From a virus (taxonomy: Duplodnaviria; Caudoviricetes), in IMG/VR virus record IMGVR_UViG_2687453321_000002, positions 26,420 through 90,419 of that record: a DNA stretch of 64,000 nt. One strand, written 5' to 3'. Every line of letters begins with the position of its first letter. Positions within the stretch are counted from its first letter, which is position 1. The position numbers and the translations under genes were made by a program. The notes under the pieces are model-generated. The model was not told the DNA's origin, made no database searches, and was given only the letters and a program-made list of their open reading frames with translations. Of this stretch, positions 48,689 to 59,590 are shown one piece after another.

Positions 48689-50202
48689 CCGTGAGCTTTA
48701 ATAACATCCCGGCGGATGTTCGGGTTCCGCTGTTTTATGCGGAAATGAACAACAGCGCCGCAAATACGGCGCAGGATAATGCCCCGTCGCTGCTGTTTGG
48801 CATGGCGCTACCTGATTCGGAGATTGCGGCAAACGAACTGGTTATCATGCCCTCCGCGGATCTGGCGGGGAAATTGGCCGGCCGAGGCAGTCAGCTGGCG
48901 CGAATGGTTGCGGCTTACCGTAAGGTTGACCCCTTTGGTGAACTGTGGGTGATTGCGTTGCCTGATGGTTCGGGAACCGCCGCCAAGGGAACAGTGACCC
49001 TTTCCGGCACGGCGACGGCCGCCGGCAGCATCAGCCTGTATATCGGTACCATCCGGGTGCAGGCAGTGGTGGCGACTGAAGATAAGGCCAAGGCTGTTGC
49101 CACAACACTCGCCGCCGCTATCAATGCGCGTCCGGATCTGCCCGTAAAGGCAGAAGTTCTGGCAACGTCTGGCGGCGATGTGCAGGGGGTAGTGACGCTG
49201 ACGGCGGTTAACAAAGGGGTATCGGGTAACGATATTCCGCTGGCGGTGAACTATTACGGCAGCGTGGGTGGCGAAGATGTGCCGGCCGGACTGACTGCTC
49301 AGATTGGCGTCATGAAGGGTGGGGCGGGTTCCCCCTCACTGGCGCCGGCGGTGGCAGCCATGGGCGATGCGCCGTTTGATTACATCGGACTCCCCTTCAG
49401 CGACATGCCGTCCCTGCAGCTGATGGCGATGGAAATGAACGACAGCAGCGGCCGCTGGAGCTATATGCGGCAGCTGTATGGCCATGTGTATACCGCTAAG
49501 GTCGGCGATTTGTCCGAGCTGGTGGCCTTCGGTGACGGGCTCAATAACCAGCATATTACCGTTGCCGGCTATGAGCCGGATTGCCAGACGCCGTTGGATG
49601 AGCTGGTTGCCGGCCGCCTTGCGCGCGCGGCGGTATTCCTGCGTATTGATCCCGCCCGGCCGACGCAGACCGGTGAGCTGACGGGCGCAATGCCGGCCCC
49701 GGTGGGTAAGCGCTTCATTATGACGGAGCAGCAGTCCTTGCTGGCCCATGGTATCGCGACCGCGTATGCGGAAGGCGGCAGCCTTCGGATCCAGCGGGAT
49801 ATCACCACGTACAAGAAAAATGCCTACGGTGTAGCGGATAACAGCTATCTGGACAGCGAAACGCTGCATACCAGCGCTTATGTTCTGCGTCGTCTCAAGT
49901 CGGTGATCACCTCGAAGTATGGGCGCCACAAGCTGGCCAACGATGGTACGCGCTTTGGACCGGGTCAGGCTATTGTGACGCCGGCGGTGATCCGCGGTGA
50001 GCTTTGTGCGACCTATCGCCAGCTTGAGCGCGAGGGCATTGTTGAAAACTTCGAGCTGTTCCAGAAATACCTGATTGTTGAGCGCAATGCCAATGACCCG
50101 AGCCGCCTGGATGTCCTGTTCCCACCGGATTACGTCAATCAGCTGCGCGTCTTTGCTCTGCTCAACCAATTCCGTCTGCAGTACAACGAGGAGGCCGCCT
50201 GA
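48685..50202 (+). CDS. Tail sheath protein (Mu gpL-like)
   Basis: F..IP...RVPLFY.E, DPARP.QT, NQLRVFA. Confidence 0.92.
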   Translation: MTVSFNNIPADVRVPLFYAEMNNSAANTAQDNAPSLLFGMALPDSEIAANELVIMPSADLAGKLAGRGSQLARMVAAYRKVDPFGELWVIALPDGSGTAAKGTVTLSGTATAAGSISLYIGTIRVQAVVATEDKAKAVATTLAAAINARPDLPVKAEVLATSGGDVQGVVTLTAVNKGVSGNDIPLAVNYYGSVGGEDVPAGLTAQIGVMKGGAGSPSLAPAVAAMGDAPFDYIGLPFSDMPSLQLMAMEMNDSSGRWSYMRQLYGHVYTAKVGDLSELVAFGDGLNNQHITVAGYEPDCQTPLDELVAGRLARAAVFLRIDPARPTQTGELTGAMPAPVGKRFIMTEQQSLLAHGIATAYAEGGSLRIQRDITTYKKNAYGVADNSYLDSETLHTSAYVLRRLKSVITSKYGRHKLANDGTRFGPGQAIVTPAVIRGELCATYRQLEREGIVENFELFQKYLIVERNANDPSRLDVLFPPDYVNQLRVFALLNQFRLQYNEEAA

Positions 50203-50558
50203 TGGCTAAGATCGCCGGTACCTGTTACCTAAAAATTGACGGTCAGCAACTGTCGCTCACCGGTGGCATTGAAGTGCCGATGAACACCGTGGTGCGCGAT
50301 GATGTGATTGGCCTGGCGGGGGACGTGGATCACAAAGAGACCCACCGCGCCCCTTATGTGAAAGGCACCTTCAAGGTGCCGAAGGCGTTTCCCATCAACA
50401 AGCTGGTGTCATCTACGGCCATGACCATTACCGCCGAGCTGGCAAATGGGATGGTGTATGTGCTGGGCAGCGCCTGGTTGCACGGCGAGGCCAATCATAA
50501 CCCCGAGGAAGGCACCGCTGACCTGGAATTCCACGGTGAAGAAGGATTCTATCAATGA
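50202..50558 (+). CDS. Tail tube protein (Mu gpM-like)
   Basis: IAGTC..K.DG, ELANG..Y.L..AW, EFHG. Confidence 0.88.
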   Translation: MAKIAGTCYLKIDGQQLSLTGGIEVPMNTVVRDDVIGLAGDVDHKETHRAPYVKGTFKVPKAFPINKLVSSTAMTITAELANGMVYVLGSAWLHGEANHNPEEGTADLEFHGEEGFYQ

Positions 50559-50878
50559 AAGAAATCACTCTGAGTAAGCCGATCACGGCGCACGGCGAGA
50601 CGCTGCATGTCATTGAGCTGCAGGAGCCCACGTATGACCAGGTGGCGAAATTTGGTATGCCGTTCTCGCTGACGGAGTCCGGCGGCGTCAAGCTGGATTC
50701 CGCCGCGGCGTTGGCCTATATCCCGGAGCTTGCCGGCATTCCGCTTTCCTCCGCCAGGCAGCTGGCGCTGTTTGATGTTTTTGCTATCTCAATGTCTATT
50801 CTCGGTTTTTTTACGGCGTCGAAAACCCCGAAGAACTCCGAAAGCGGCTCTACAACACTGCCTATTTCTGGCGATTGA
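50555..50878 (+). CDS. Tail assembly chaperone; -1 frameshift at the T7 run (50806-12) would extend it to 50970
   Basis: L..PI.AHGE; -1 frame reads YGVENPEELRKRLYNTAYFWRLNP...NRG*. Confidence 0.8.
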   Translation: MKEITLSKPITAHGETLHVIELQEPTYDQVAKFGMPFSLTESGGVKLDSAAALAYIPELAGIPLSSARQLALFDVFAISMSILGFFTASKTPKNSESGSTTLPISGD

Positions 50879-50962
50879 ACCCGCTTGATCTGCGCCGGCT
50901 CGCTCTGAGCCGGTTTTTTGAGCTGGAGGCTGAGGCCATCCGCATCAATGAGGAGATGAACC

Positions 50963-52861
50963 GTGGCTGACAGCTTTCAGTTAAAGGCGATCATTACGGC
51001 GGTTGATCAGCTGTCCGAACCCATGAAGAAGATGCAGCGCAACGTCAAGGGGTTCGGTAAAGAGTTTTCCTCCATTATGACCGGCGCTGCGGCGGTGGGT
51101 GCCGGTATCGTTGGGGCGCTGACATTGCCGATAAATCAGGCCATTGAGTTTGAGTCGGTGATGGCCGATGTGCGCAAGGTCGTGGATTTTGATACCCCGG
51201 CACAGTTCAAGCAGATGAGCGACGATGTGCTGAACCTGTCTACACGGTTGCCGATGGCCGCCGAGGGGATTGGGCAGATTGTCGCGGCCGGCGGCCAGGC
51301 GGGCATCGCCAAAGAAGAGCTGCTTTCCTTTGCCGAGTCTGCCGTAAAAATGGGCGTGGCATTCGACCAGACCGCGGAAGAGTCCGGCCAGATGATGGCG
51401 CAGTGGCGTACGGCTTTCAAAATGACCCAGACCGAGGTGGTCGGACTGTCAGATAAGATCAACTATCTGGGGAACACTGGCCCGGCAAACGCTGCCAAAA
51501 TATCTGACATCGTGACGCGCCTTGGACCGCTCGGGGGCGTTGCTGGTGTGGCATCGGGTGAAATAGCGGCAATGGGGGCTACCATTGCCGGCATGGGGGT
51601 AGAGTCCGAGGTCGCGGCCACGGGGATCAAGAACTTCATGCTGTCGCTGACTGCCGGTAGCGCGGCGACCAAATCGCAAAAAGAGGTGATGCGAAAACTG
51701 CACATATCGCCGAAGAAATTGGCGGCTGCAATGCAGAAGGACTCCAAAGCCGCGATGTTGATGGTGCTGGATTCGGTAGCGAAATTGCCGAAGGCAGATC
51801 AGTCGTCGGCGCTGATCAGGCTGTTTGGTAAGGAGTCCTCGGGGGCTATTGCGCCTTTGCTGGCAAACCTTGATCTGCTGCGTACCAATTTTGACCGTGT
51901 ATCGGACAGGCAGAAGTATGCCGGGTCAATGGAGAAGGAGTACGCTGCGCGCGCCGCCACGACAGCGAACGCCATTCAACTGCTTAAAAACCAGGTGTCG
52001 GCCGTTGGCGTGACGGTTGGCGAGTTATTCCTTCCTGCGATTGTTGAAGCGGCGAAAAAGCTACAACCGTTCGTTGAGCAACTGCGTGATTGGGTGAAGG
52101 CGAATCCTGAACTCATCAAATCCGTTGCAAAGTTTGGCGGTGCGTTGATCGGGTTAGGCGTGGTTGTTGGCAGCCTTTCGCGTGCGTTCAAAATGCTCAA
52201 TGCCGTCATGAATCTTTCGCCGGCGAAACTGGCGGTAGCGGCGCTGGCGGCGGGCGCTTTTTTGATCATTGAAAATTGGGATCAGGTTGGCCCGGTTATC
52301 AAAGACGTGTGGCAGCAAGTTGATAAAGTCGCCCAGGCGATGGGGGGATGGGAAACCGTCCTTGGGGGGATTGGGCTTTACATGACAGGCGCTTTTACCG
52401 TCAACACCATCGGTTCATTGAAAACGGCACTCACGCTGGCCAAACAGCTTTCTGGTGTATTGGGCAAGATCGCCTCCCTGGGTGTCGCAACCATCCAGAT
52501 TGCAGTGGCCATCTACATGTTTGAGCAACTCAAAGAAATTGCTGATGCAGCCAAGCAGGCCGACCATACGGATTCATTCTGGGATTCGCTTAAAAACCGC
52601 TGGAATGCGGGTGGCTGGTATAACAACAAGGAGCAGGTTAACCAGCGGCAGGCGGAAGGGAAGCCGACAGGGTACCCGTCAGCGGTCTCTCTGAGCCGGT
52701 CCAATCAGCTACTTAAACCAGCTGGTGCGGCGCAGCCTCCAGAGGGGGAATTGGTCGTCAGATTTGAAAACTCCCCGCCGGGAATGCGTGTGTCACCGAC
52801 GCCGGATTCTTCACCCGGTATTTCCTACGATGTCGGCTATAACCGATTTGCCAAACCCTGA
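50963..52861 (+). CDS. Tape measure protein (TP901 core)
   Basis: FES.MADVRKV, FG.E, IIENWD. Confidence 0.9.
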   Translation: MADSFQLKAIITAVDQLSEPMKKMQRNVKGFGKEFSSIMTGAAAVGAGIVGALTLPINQAIEFESVMADVRKVVDFDTPAQFKQMSDDVLNLSTRLPMAAEGIGQIVAAGGQAGIAKEELLSFAESAVKMGVAFDQTAEESGQMMAQWRTAFKMTQTEVVGLSDKINYLGNTGPANAAKISDIVTRLGPLGGVAGVASGEIAAMGATIAGMGVESEVAATGIKNFMLSLTAGSAATKSQKEVMRKLHISPKKLAAAMQKDSKAAMLMVLDSVAKLPKADQSSALIRLFGKESSGAIAPLLANLDLLRTNFDRVSDRQKYAGSMEKEYAARAATTANAIQLLKNQVSAVGVTVGELFLPAIVEAAKKLQPFVEQLRDWVKANPELIKSVAKFGGALIGLGVVVGSLSRAFKMLNAVMNLSPAKLAVAALAAGAFLIIENWDQVGPVIKDVWQQVDKVAQAMGGWETVLGGIGLYMTGAFTVNTIGSLKTALTLAKQLSGVLGKIASLGVATIQIAVAIYMFEQLKEIADAAKQADHTDSFWDSLKNRWNAGGWYNNKEQVNQRQAEGKPTGYPSAVSLSRSNQLLKPAGAAQPPEGELVVRFENSPPGMRVSPTPDSSPGISYDVGYNRFAKP

Positions 52862-52896
52862 CCCGCGCCGCGGGTTTTTTTACGCCTGGAGTCATT

Positions 52897-54198
52897 ATGG
52901 CTGGATGGAAAAGCAGGCTGCAGCCCGCGTCGTTCCGTAGTGTGCCTTTCAGTGTTGAAAGTGACGAAGGCACATTCGGCCGCCGGGTGCAGACGCATGA
53001 ATATCCCAATCGCGACAAGCCCTATACCGAAGATCTCGGGCGGGCAACGCGGCGATTCACGATCAGCGCCTACCTGATCGGGGATGATTATATTGACCAG
53101 CGCGATCGGCTCATTGCGGCTGTAGATACTCCGGGGCCGGGAACGCTGGTACACCCCAACTACGGTGAAATGGCCATCTGCGTTGATGGTGAAGTGCGCG
53201 TCAGTCACAGCAACAACGAAGGGCGCATGTGCCGGATCAGCTTCAGTTTCGTTGAAGCGGGGGAACTGTCGTTTCCGACTTCGGGTGTGGCGACGGGACA
53301 GATGCTGGTCTCGTCATGTTCGGCCCTTGACGACAGTATTGGCGACGCTTTCTCCAGTTTTGGCCTGGGCGGACTGTCGGATTTTATTCAAAGTGATGTG
53401 CTCAGCCAGGCCACAGCGATGATCAATACCGTGGCGGATGCCTTCACTATGGTGGATGAGGGGATCGCCGCGGCGGCGCGTTTACTGCAGGGTGATTTGT
53501 CGGTACTGCTGATGCCGCCGTCTTCTGGCATGAACTTTGTCAATGCCCTGCAAAAGATGTGGCGCGCCGGCAATCGCCTGAGCGGTGATGCATCGGATCT
53601 GGTGACCCTGATCGATACGCTTTCCGGAGTGACGCTGGGGCATGATTTGGCGCCGCGGGGGGTATGGAATACTGACAGCACGACAACCCAGGTTGTGAAA
53701 ACGCAGCAGAACTACGTTGCTGAAGCCATTCGCACCACGGCCATCAGCGAAGCCGCCTATACGGTGACGCTGCTTCCTCAGCCCAAAACGCCAGTCAACC
53801 AGCGATCACCTGAGAGCGCAACGCCCATAGTGTCACATCCGGCGCTCAATGATGCCGGCACGGATAATCCTGTGCCGGCGCCCGTAACCTGGGACGATTT
53901 GATCGCCGTGCGCGCCGGGCTTAATCATGTCATTGATACCGAGCTGCAGCGCACGGCCGATGATGGCCTTTTCCTTTCCCTTAACCGGGTTCGCACGGAT
54001 ACCAACCGTGATATTTCTACACGCCTGGCGCAGGTGGAAAAAACGGTGACCCGTACCCCGCCAGACGTGTTGCCGGCGCTGGTGCTTGCCGCCACCTGGT
54101 ATGACAACGCCGCCCGCGAGACCGACATTACGGGGCGTAATGCCGTGAAGCATCCCGGCTTTATTCCCGTTCAGTCATTGAGGGTCCCCGTTCGATGA
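52897..54198 (+). CDS. DNA circularization protein (Mu gpN-like)
   Basis: ASFR.VPF, GRR...HEYP.RD...EDLG, GTLVHP, HPGF. Confidence 0.88.
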   Translation: MAGWKSRLQPASFRSVPFSVESDEGTFGRRVQTHEYPNRDKPYTEDLGRATRRFTISAYLIGDDYIDQRDRLIAAVDTPGPGTLVHPNYGEMAICVDGEVRVSHSNNEGRMCRISFSFVEAGELSFPTSGVATGQMLVSSCSALDDSIGDAFSSFGLGGLSDFIQSDVLSQATAMINTVADAFTMVDEGIAAAARLLQGDLSVLLMPPSSGMNFVNALQKMWRAGNRLSGDASDLVTLIDTLSGVTLGHDLAPRGVWNTDSTTTQVVKTQQNYVAEAIRTTAISEAAYTVTLLPQPKTPVNQRSPESATPIVSHPALNDAGTDNPVPAPVTWDDLIAVRAGLNHVIDTELQRTADDGLFLSLNRVRTDTNRDISTRLAQVEKTVTRTPPDVLPALVLAATWYDNAARETDITGRNAVKHPGFIPVQSLRVPVR

Positions 54199-55265
54199 AT
54201 AATACCGTCACGCTGAGAGTGAACGGCCGCGAGTGGGGCGGCTGGACTACCGTCAAGATCGCGGCCGGCATTGAGCGTCTGGCCAGGGACTTCAACGTGC
54301 AGATAACCCGCCAGTGGCCGGGGGAGTCGGGCAGTGTCCCGCTGGCCCCCCGGGTTAAGAAAGGGGATGCCGTCGAAGTTTCGATCGGTGATGACCTGGT
54401 GATCACCGGCTGGGTAGAGGCCACGCCGATACGTTACGACGCCCGAGGCATTACCTTTGGGATCACCGGCCGGAGTAAAACGGCGGATCTGATTGACTGC
54501 ACCGCGGCGCCCACACAATTTGCCGGCCGGACATTGGCGCAGATTGCCACGCAGCTTGCCAAGCCGTTCAACGTTACCGTTGTTGATGCCGGCGCCCCGG
54601 CGGGGTCATTGCAGGGCGTCCAGGCGGATCACGGTGAAACGGTCCATGAGGTGTTGAACAAACTGCTGGGTCAGCAGCAGGCACTGGCCTATGACGATCC
54701 GCAAGGGCGGTTGGTGGTGGGGGCCATTGGCAGTGCGCACGCCACGACCGCGCTGGTCTTTGGCGAGAACGTGCTGAGTTGCGATACCGAACAGAGCATT
54801 CGCGATCGCTTTTCTGATTATCAGGTTTCTGGCCAGCGCGCCGGCGGTGACGATGATTTTGGCGAGGCGACGATCTCTGCCATTCGTTCGACCGCGAAGG
54901 ATAGCGGCGTCAAACGCTATCGCCCGCATTACATCCAGCAGACGGGCAATGCGACCGGCACCACCTGTCAAGCGAGATGTGAGTTTGAGGCACGGCAGCG
55001 CGCGGCCCGGACGGACGAAACCACCTATACGGTGCAGGGCTGGCGCCAGGGAGACGGGCAGCTATGGCAACCCAACCAGCGTGTGATTGTGTTCGATCCG
55101 CTGCTGGACTTTAACAACCGGGAAATGCTGATCGCCGAGGTGACGTATTCCCAGGATGAGGGCGGCACGGTGACCGAATTACGCGTGGGGCCGGAGGATG
55201 CGTACCTGCCAGAGCCACAGAAGCCAGGCAAGCGGAAAAAGGCCAAACAAGAGGATGATTTCTGA
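54195..55265 (+). CDS. Baseplate hub (Mu gpP-like)
   Basis: V.G.EW.GWT, GRSKTADLIDC, V.GWRQ..G.LW.PN. Confidence 0.88.
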   Translation: MNNTVTLRVNGREWGGWTTVKIAAGIERLARDFNVQITRQWPGESGSVPLAPRVKKGDAVEVSIGDDLVITGWVEATPIRYDARGITFGITGRSKTADLIDCTAAPTQFAGRTLAQIATQLAKPFNVTVVDAGAPAGSLQGVQADHGETVHEVLNKLLGQQQALAYDDPQGRLVVGAIGSAHATTALVFGENVLSCDTEQSIRDRFSDYQVSGQRAGGDDDFGEATISAIRSTAKDSGVKRYRPHYIQQTGNATGTTCQARCEFEARQRAARTDETTYTVQGWRQGDGQLWQPNQRVIVFDPLLDFNNREMLIAEVTYSQDEGGTVTELRVGPEDAYLPEPQKPGKRKKAKQEDDF

Positions 55266-55804
55266 TGCGTAATCCGATGGAGGCCATACAGCGAGGCCTG
55301 TCTAACCTGCTTGCCCGCGCGGTGGTGCGGGGTCTGAACAGTGCAGCCAAATGCCAGACGGTGGATGTCGCGCTGGTGGCTGGCGACCCCAAATCCAGCG
55401 TTGAGCATCTGGAACCCTACGGCTTTACGGCCGCGGCACATCCCGGTGCAGAAGCGGTGGCGTTGTTTTTGTCGGGAGACCGTTCTCACGGTGTGGTGAT
55501 CACTGTGGCCGATCGGCGGTACCGACTGAGTGGCCTGCAGAGTGGTGAGGTGGCGTTGTACTCCGATGAAGGCGACAGCATTGTTCTGCGCCGGGGCAAT
55601 CGGGTGGAGGTGAACACCAAACACTATGTTGTCAATGCCGAGCAGAAAGCCACGTTAAATACGCCGCTGCTTGAAGTGCCCAATGGTGAGATTGCCGATA
55701 AAACCAGCACGCTGAGCAAAATGCGTGAGCAGTACAACGGGCATGACCACGACGACACGCACGGTGGCCAGACCGGCAAACCGAACCAGGAGATGAAAAG
55801 ATGA
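55265..55804 (+). CDS. Baseplate spike (Mu gp45/gpV-like)
   Basis: EHLEPYGF, DRRYR..GL..GEVALY, YN.H.H. Confidence 0.88.
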   Translation: MRNPMEAIQRGLSNLLARAVVRGLNSAAKCQTVDVALVAGDPKSSVEHLEPYGFTAAAHPGAEAVALFLSGDRSHGVVITVADRRYRLSGLQSGEVALYSDEGDSIVLRRGNRVEVNTKHYVVNAEQKATLNTPLLEVPNGEIADKTSTLSKMREQYNGHDHDDTHGGQTGKPNQEMKR

Positions 55805-56214
55805 TCCTGACCGTCAATGGCGTGCGTTACCCCGGAAACGCGCCGCTCGATCGGCTGACGCGATCGGTTGTGATATCGCTCTTTTCCTGGCGCCGGGCCG
55901 AGCCGGACGATAACGCGCAGCAGCCGATGGGCTGGTGGGGTGATACCTGGCCAACGGTACAAAATGATCGCATAGGCTCCCGGCTCTACCTGTTGCGCCG
56001 AACGACCCTGAACAATCAGACGCCACCTCTGGCGAGAACGTATATCAACCAGGCGCTGGCCTGGATGATTGACGATGGCGTTGCCGCGCGGATTGATACG
56101 CGAGTGGAGCGTACCGGCATCGATATGCTGGCAGCTGCGATCACGCTGTGGCAGCGAGACGGCACCCGCCACACGATTACATTTGACGATTTATGGAGTG
56201 AACTCAATGGCTAA
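55801..56214 (+). CDS. Mu gp46-like baseplate protein
   Basis: ISLF.WRRA, GWWGD, GSRL.LL.R. Confidence 0.88.
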   Translation: MILTVNGVRYPGNAPLDRLTRSVVISLFSWRRAEPDDNAQQPMGWWGDTWPTVQNDRIGSRLYLLRRTTLNNQTPPLARTYINQALAWMIDDGVAARIDTRVERTGIDMLAAAITLWQRDGTRHTITFDDLWSELNG

Positions 56215-57281
56215 CAGTGGTTTCACCAGGCCACCCCTGCCGCAACTTATCGCGACGATCAGAAGCGATTTGCTCACGCGGTTCAATGAAGATGTGGTGC
56301 TGCGTCGTCTGGATGCGGAGGTGTATGCGCGCGTGCAGGCAGCGGCCGTTCATACGCTATATGGCTACATCGACTATCTTGCGCGCAACATGTTGCCGGA
56401 CCAGGCGGATCCTGATTGGTTGGTGCGGCATGGCGCGATGAAGCGTTGCCCCCGGAAACCGCCAACGGCAGCGGCCGGCTTTGTCCGCTGGCAGGATGTT
56501 AGCGGCACACCTGAATTGCCGGCCGGCACGGTGCTACAGCGCGATGATCAGCAGACGTACACCACCACCGAAGCCGCCAAGGCGGTCGGCGGTGTATTGC
56601 GTGCCCCGATACTGGCTGATGTCGCCGGGCGAGAGGGTAACGCTGATGATGGCATTGCCTTGCGCCTGGTGACGCCTGTCGGGGGACTATCTTCCACGGG
56701 CTATGCCGATGATTTGGCGGGCGGGGAAGATGTCGAGCCGCTTGAAACCTGGCGTGGCCGCATCATGGAGCGGTGGTTCTACACCCCACAGGGTGGCGCT
56801 GATCATGATTATGTGATCTGGGCGAAAGAGGTGGCCGGCATTACCCGCGCCTGGACGTTCCGCCATTACAAGGGGATTGGCACGGTGGGGGTGATGGTCG
56901 CCAGTGGCGATGCCACCCATCCCGCGCCGCCGGCTGAAACGGTGACCGCCGTACGGGAGCACATTTTACCCCCTGGCGCCGGTTGCGGGCGGCGGATTGT
57001 TTGTGTTCCCTGCCACCGAGAAGGTGATCCCCATGACGATTGCCCTGGCAAAAGACACGCCGGAGATCCGGGCGGCCGTCATTGCCGAGCTTAATTCGCT
57101 GTTTTTGCGTGACGGCATTCCTTCGGGAACGATACACCTGTCGCGCATCAGCGAAGCCATCAGCATCGCCACCGGCGAATATGCTCACCGGCTGGATGCG
57201 CCGACCGCCAATATCGTGTTGGGTAACGTAGAGCTACCCGTTTTGGGAACGGTCACCTGGTCAAATTACAGCGCGGGGTAA
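56207..57281 (+). pseudogene. Baseplate J/gp47 protein with a 1-bp frameshift in the C5 run at 56969-56973
   Basis: Removing one C joins ...EHILP to LAPVAGGGLFVFPATEK...LPVLGTVTW. Confidence 0.85.
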
Positions 57282-57284
57282 CGC

Positions 57285-57872
57285 ATGTCACTTGAAGATG
57301 ATTACACCCGGCTGCTTTATCATCTGCTGCCGCCGGGGCCAGCCTGGGAAGGAGACAACCCGCTGCTGAACGGTCTGGCGCCGTCTTTGGCCGCCGTTCA
57401 CCAGCGTGGTGATGACCTGATGCGTGAGATTGACCCGGCGCAGACGGTTGAGCTGATCGGCCGTTACGAAACGCTCTGTGGGCTGCCTGATTCCTGCGCG
57501 CCTCCCGGCGTGCAAACACTACGTCAACGCCAGCAGCGGCTTGACGCAAAAATTAATATACCGGGCGGGATTAACGAGCGGTTTTACCGCCAACAGTTGG
57601 ATGCGCTGGGTTATCACACGGCGACCATTGAACAATTTCAGGATCTGGATGCGACCCCGGATCCGGAGTGGGGCGATAAGTGGCGCTATTACTGGCGCGT
57701 GAATATTCCCTCTGATGCCACTGTAGCCTGGCAAACCTGCACCAGCGCGTGCAATAGCGCTATTCGTACCTGGGGCGATACGGTAGTGGAATGCGTTATC
57801 GACAAATTGTCCCCGTCCCACACCGTGGTGGTCTTCGCCTATCCTGAAGGAGAAAATGATGCATCGAATTGA
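57285..57872 (+). CDS. YmfQ/DUF2313 baseplate protein
   Basis: LLPPGPAW, E...GLPD.C, P.HT. Confidence 0.85.
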   Translation: MSLEDDYTRLLYHLLPPGPAWEGDNPLLNGLAPSLAAVHQRGDDLMREIDPAQTVELIGRYETLCGLPDSCAPPGVQTLRQRQQRLDAKINIPGGINERFYRQQLDALGYHTATIEQFQDLDATPDPEWGDKWRYYWRVNIPSDATVAWQTCTSACNSAIRTWGDTVVECVIDKLSPSHTVVVFAYPEGENDASN

Positions 57873-59019
57873 TACGCCTACGGCGCAAATTGATAAATTT
57901 GGGCCGGGGAAGAACGGTTTTACCAATGGCGATCCGGCTACCGGGCGCCGCGCTACCGACCTTAACAGCGATATGTGGGACGCCGTGCAGGAAGAGGTGG
58001 CCAACGCGATCGAGGGTAACGGTATTGCACTGGACAAGTCGAAACATAACCAGCTGTATCTGGCAATACAGAAGGCGATCACCGATCCGGGCTTTTTGAA
58101 GAAAGCGAATAATCTTTCTGATGTCGCCGATAAATCGAAAGCACGCTCAAATCTAGAGGTCTATTCGAAAGGTGAGTCAGACGAGCGATTCGTCAATGCC
58201 TTTGGCGACACCATGACGGGCCAATTAATTGCCCCCTCTGTTGCCACAACGTCAGGGGCCATACCGTGGGGCGCTGGGCCTTTTTCCGAACAATTGAACA
58301 ATCAGGCACCATTCTTTCAGCCTAATTGGCAATGGCCTGTAACATCTGGCGGTGTTTATGTGCCAATAGTTAAAGGGGTGTCAACTCGACAAGGGCAAGG
58401 TTATCCAACTGCAGTGAGTTTTGGATATTTGCTCAGTGGTACGCCAAGTTTTGCTCAAGTCTGCATTCATGCAAAGGGCGATAATACAGATGTTAATTGG
58501 CGATTTGACGCAAATGGCGGGAATTTTTATTGTCCAGGAGGAGTTTATGCAGCTGACGCTATCTTTCATGTCGACGGGAATATTACCGGTAATATCTGGG
58601 GTGGGTATCTCAGTAACTGGCTGAACAATCAGTTCACGGCCAGCAATAACAACATCAATAACCGTGTTGACTGGGCAACGTTCAACCGTGAGGTGGGGGC
58701 CAGGGCAACCACTGATTACGTCAATAGCCGGTCTAACGTCGCCGGTGGGCGTGGTGGTTGGTGGTACAAAGACGAAGTCACCGGGCTAATCTTCCAGGGC
58801 GGTGTCGTGAATCGTGCTGATCATGCAACCTGGGTTGGTTTTCCGCGCGGTTATGCACGGGAGTGCTTTGGCGTGCAGATGACTTTAGCGTGGACAAATG
58901 GAAGTTGGTATGGCGATAGCCGTGTCAATATTCAGGCGCGTGACGTGGGTAATGGCGGGTTCAATGCCTATATGGACGGTCAGGAACAGTCTGCATTCTG
59001 GTGGGCGGTGGGGGTATAA
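57856..59019 (+). CDS. Tail fibre protein
   Basis: [41 protein letters not shown]. Confidence 0.9.
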   Translation: MMHRIDTPTAQIDKFGPGKNGFTNGDPATGRRATDLNSDMWDAVQEEVANAIEGNGIALDKSKHNQLYLAIQKAITDPGFLKKANNLSDVADKSKARSNLEVYSKGESDERFVNAFGDTMTGQLIAPSVATTSGAIPWGAGPFSEQLNNQAPFFQPNWQWPVTSGGVYVPIVKGVSTRQGQGYPTAVSFGYLLSGTPSFAQVCIHAKGDNTDVNWRFDANGGNFYCPGGVYAADAIFHVDGNITGNIWGGYLSNWLNNQFTASNNNINNRVDWATFNREVGARATTDYVNSRSNVAGGRGGWWYKDEVTGLIFQGGVVNRADHATWVGFPRGYARECFGVQMTLAWTNGSWYGDSRVNIQARDVGNGGFNAYMDGQEQSAFWWAVGV

Positions 59020-59021
59020 CG

Positions 59022-59444
59022 ATGAGTTACGGGTATAGCGCAAAAACCAATATATTTTATGTCATTGAAGACAAAGAGGGATATGAGGCATTTGGCAACT
59101 GGCCGGACGATGTCAAATCAATCTCGGATGAGGTTTGGGAAAAATTCAGTGTACAAGGCCCAGCGGGAAAGATGCGAGGTGCTGACAAGTCGGGGATGCC
59201 GTGCTGGGTTGACATACCTCCGCCAACGCGCGAGCAACAGACAGAGGCGGCAGAGAGGAAAAAACGGTCGCTGATGGTCGAGGCTGAAGGTGTCCTGGCG
59301 CCACTGGAGCGCGCGGTGAAGCTGGGTATGGCGACAGACGAGGAAAAGGCTAGGCTTGAGGCCTGGGAGCGCTACAGCGTTCTGATGAGTCGTGTCAGTC
59401 CTCAGGAGGTCCCGAACATCACCTGGCCGGAAAAACCGGCGTAA
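59022..59444 (+). CDS. Tail fibre assembly chaperone
   Basis: WP.D, G.PCWVD.P, L.AW..Y...., WPEKP. Confidence 0.88.
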   Translation: MSYGYSAKTNIFYVIEDKEGYEAFGNWPDDVKSISDEVWEKFSVQGPAGKMRGADKSGMPCWVDIPPPTREQQTEAAERKKRSLMVEAEGVLAPLERAVKLGMATDEEKARLEAWERYSVLMSRVSPQEVPNITWPEKPA

Positions 59445-59590
59445 CATCCGCAGTGTGTTGATTGCCAAGGGCCATGTACAGGCTCACTGCTGGCTTTGAG
59501 CTATTTGAAAAGCTAAAGCCCCGAACTGTTGCAGCCGTCGAGGCTTTATTTCTAAAGCAAGTTAGAAAATGAGTTGCATAGAAGTATCAT

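Noticed and set aside
57856-59550. Invertible tail-fibre cassette or diversity-generating retroelement
   Set aside because: No invertase, second fibre end or reverse transcriptase seen
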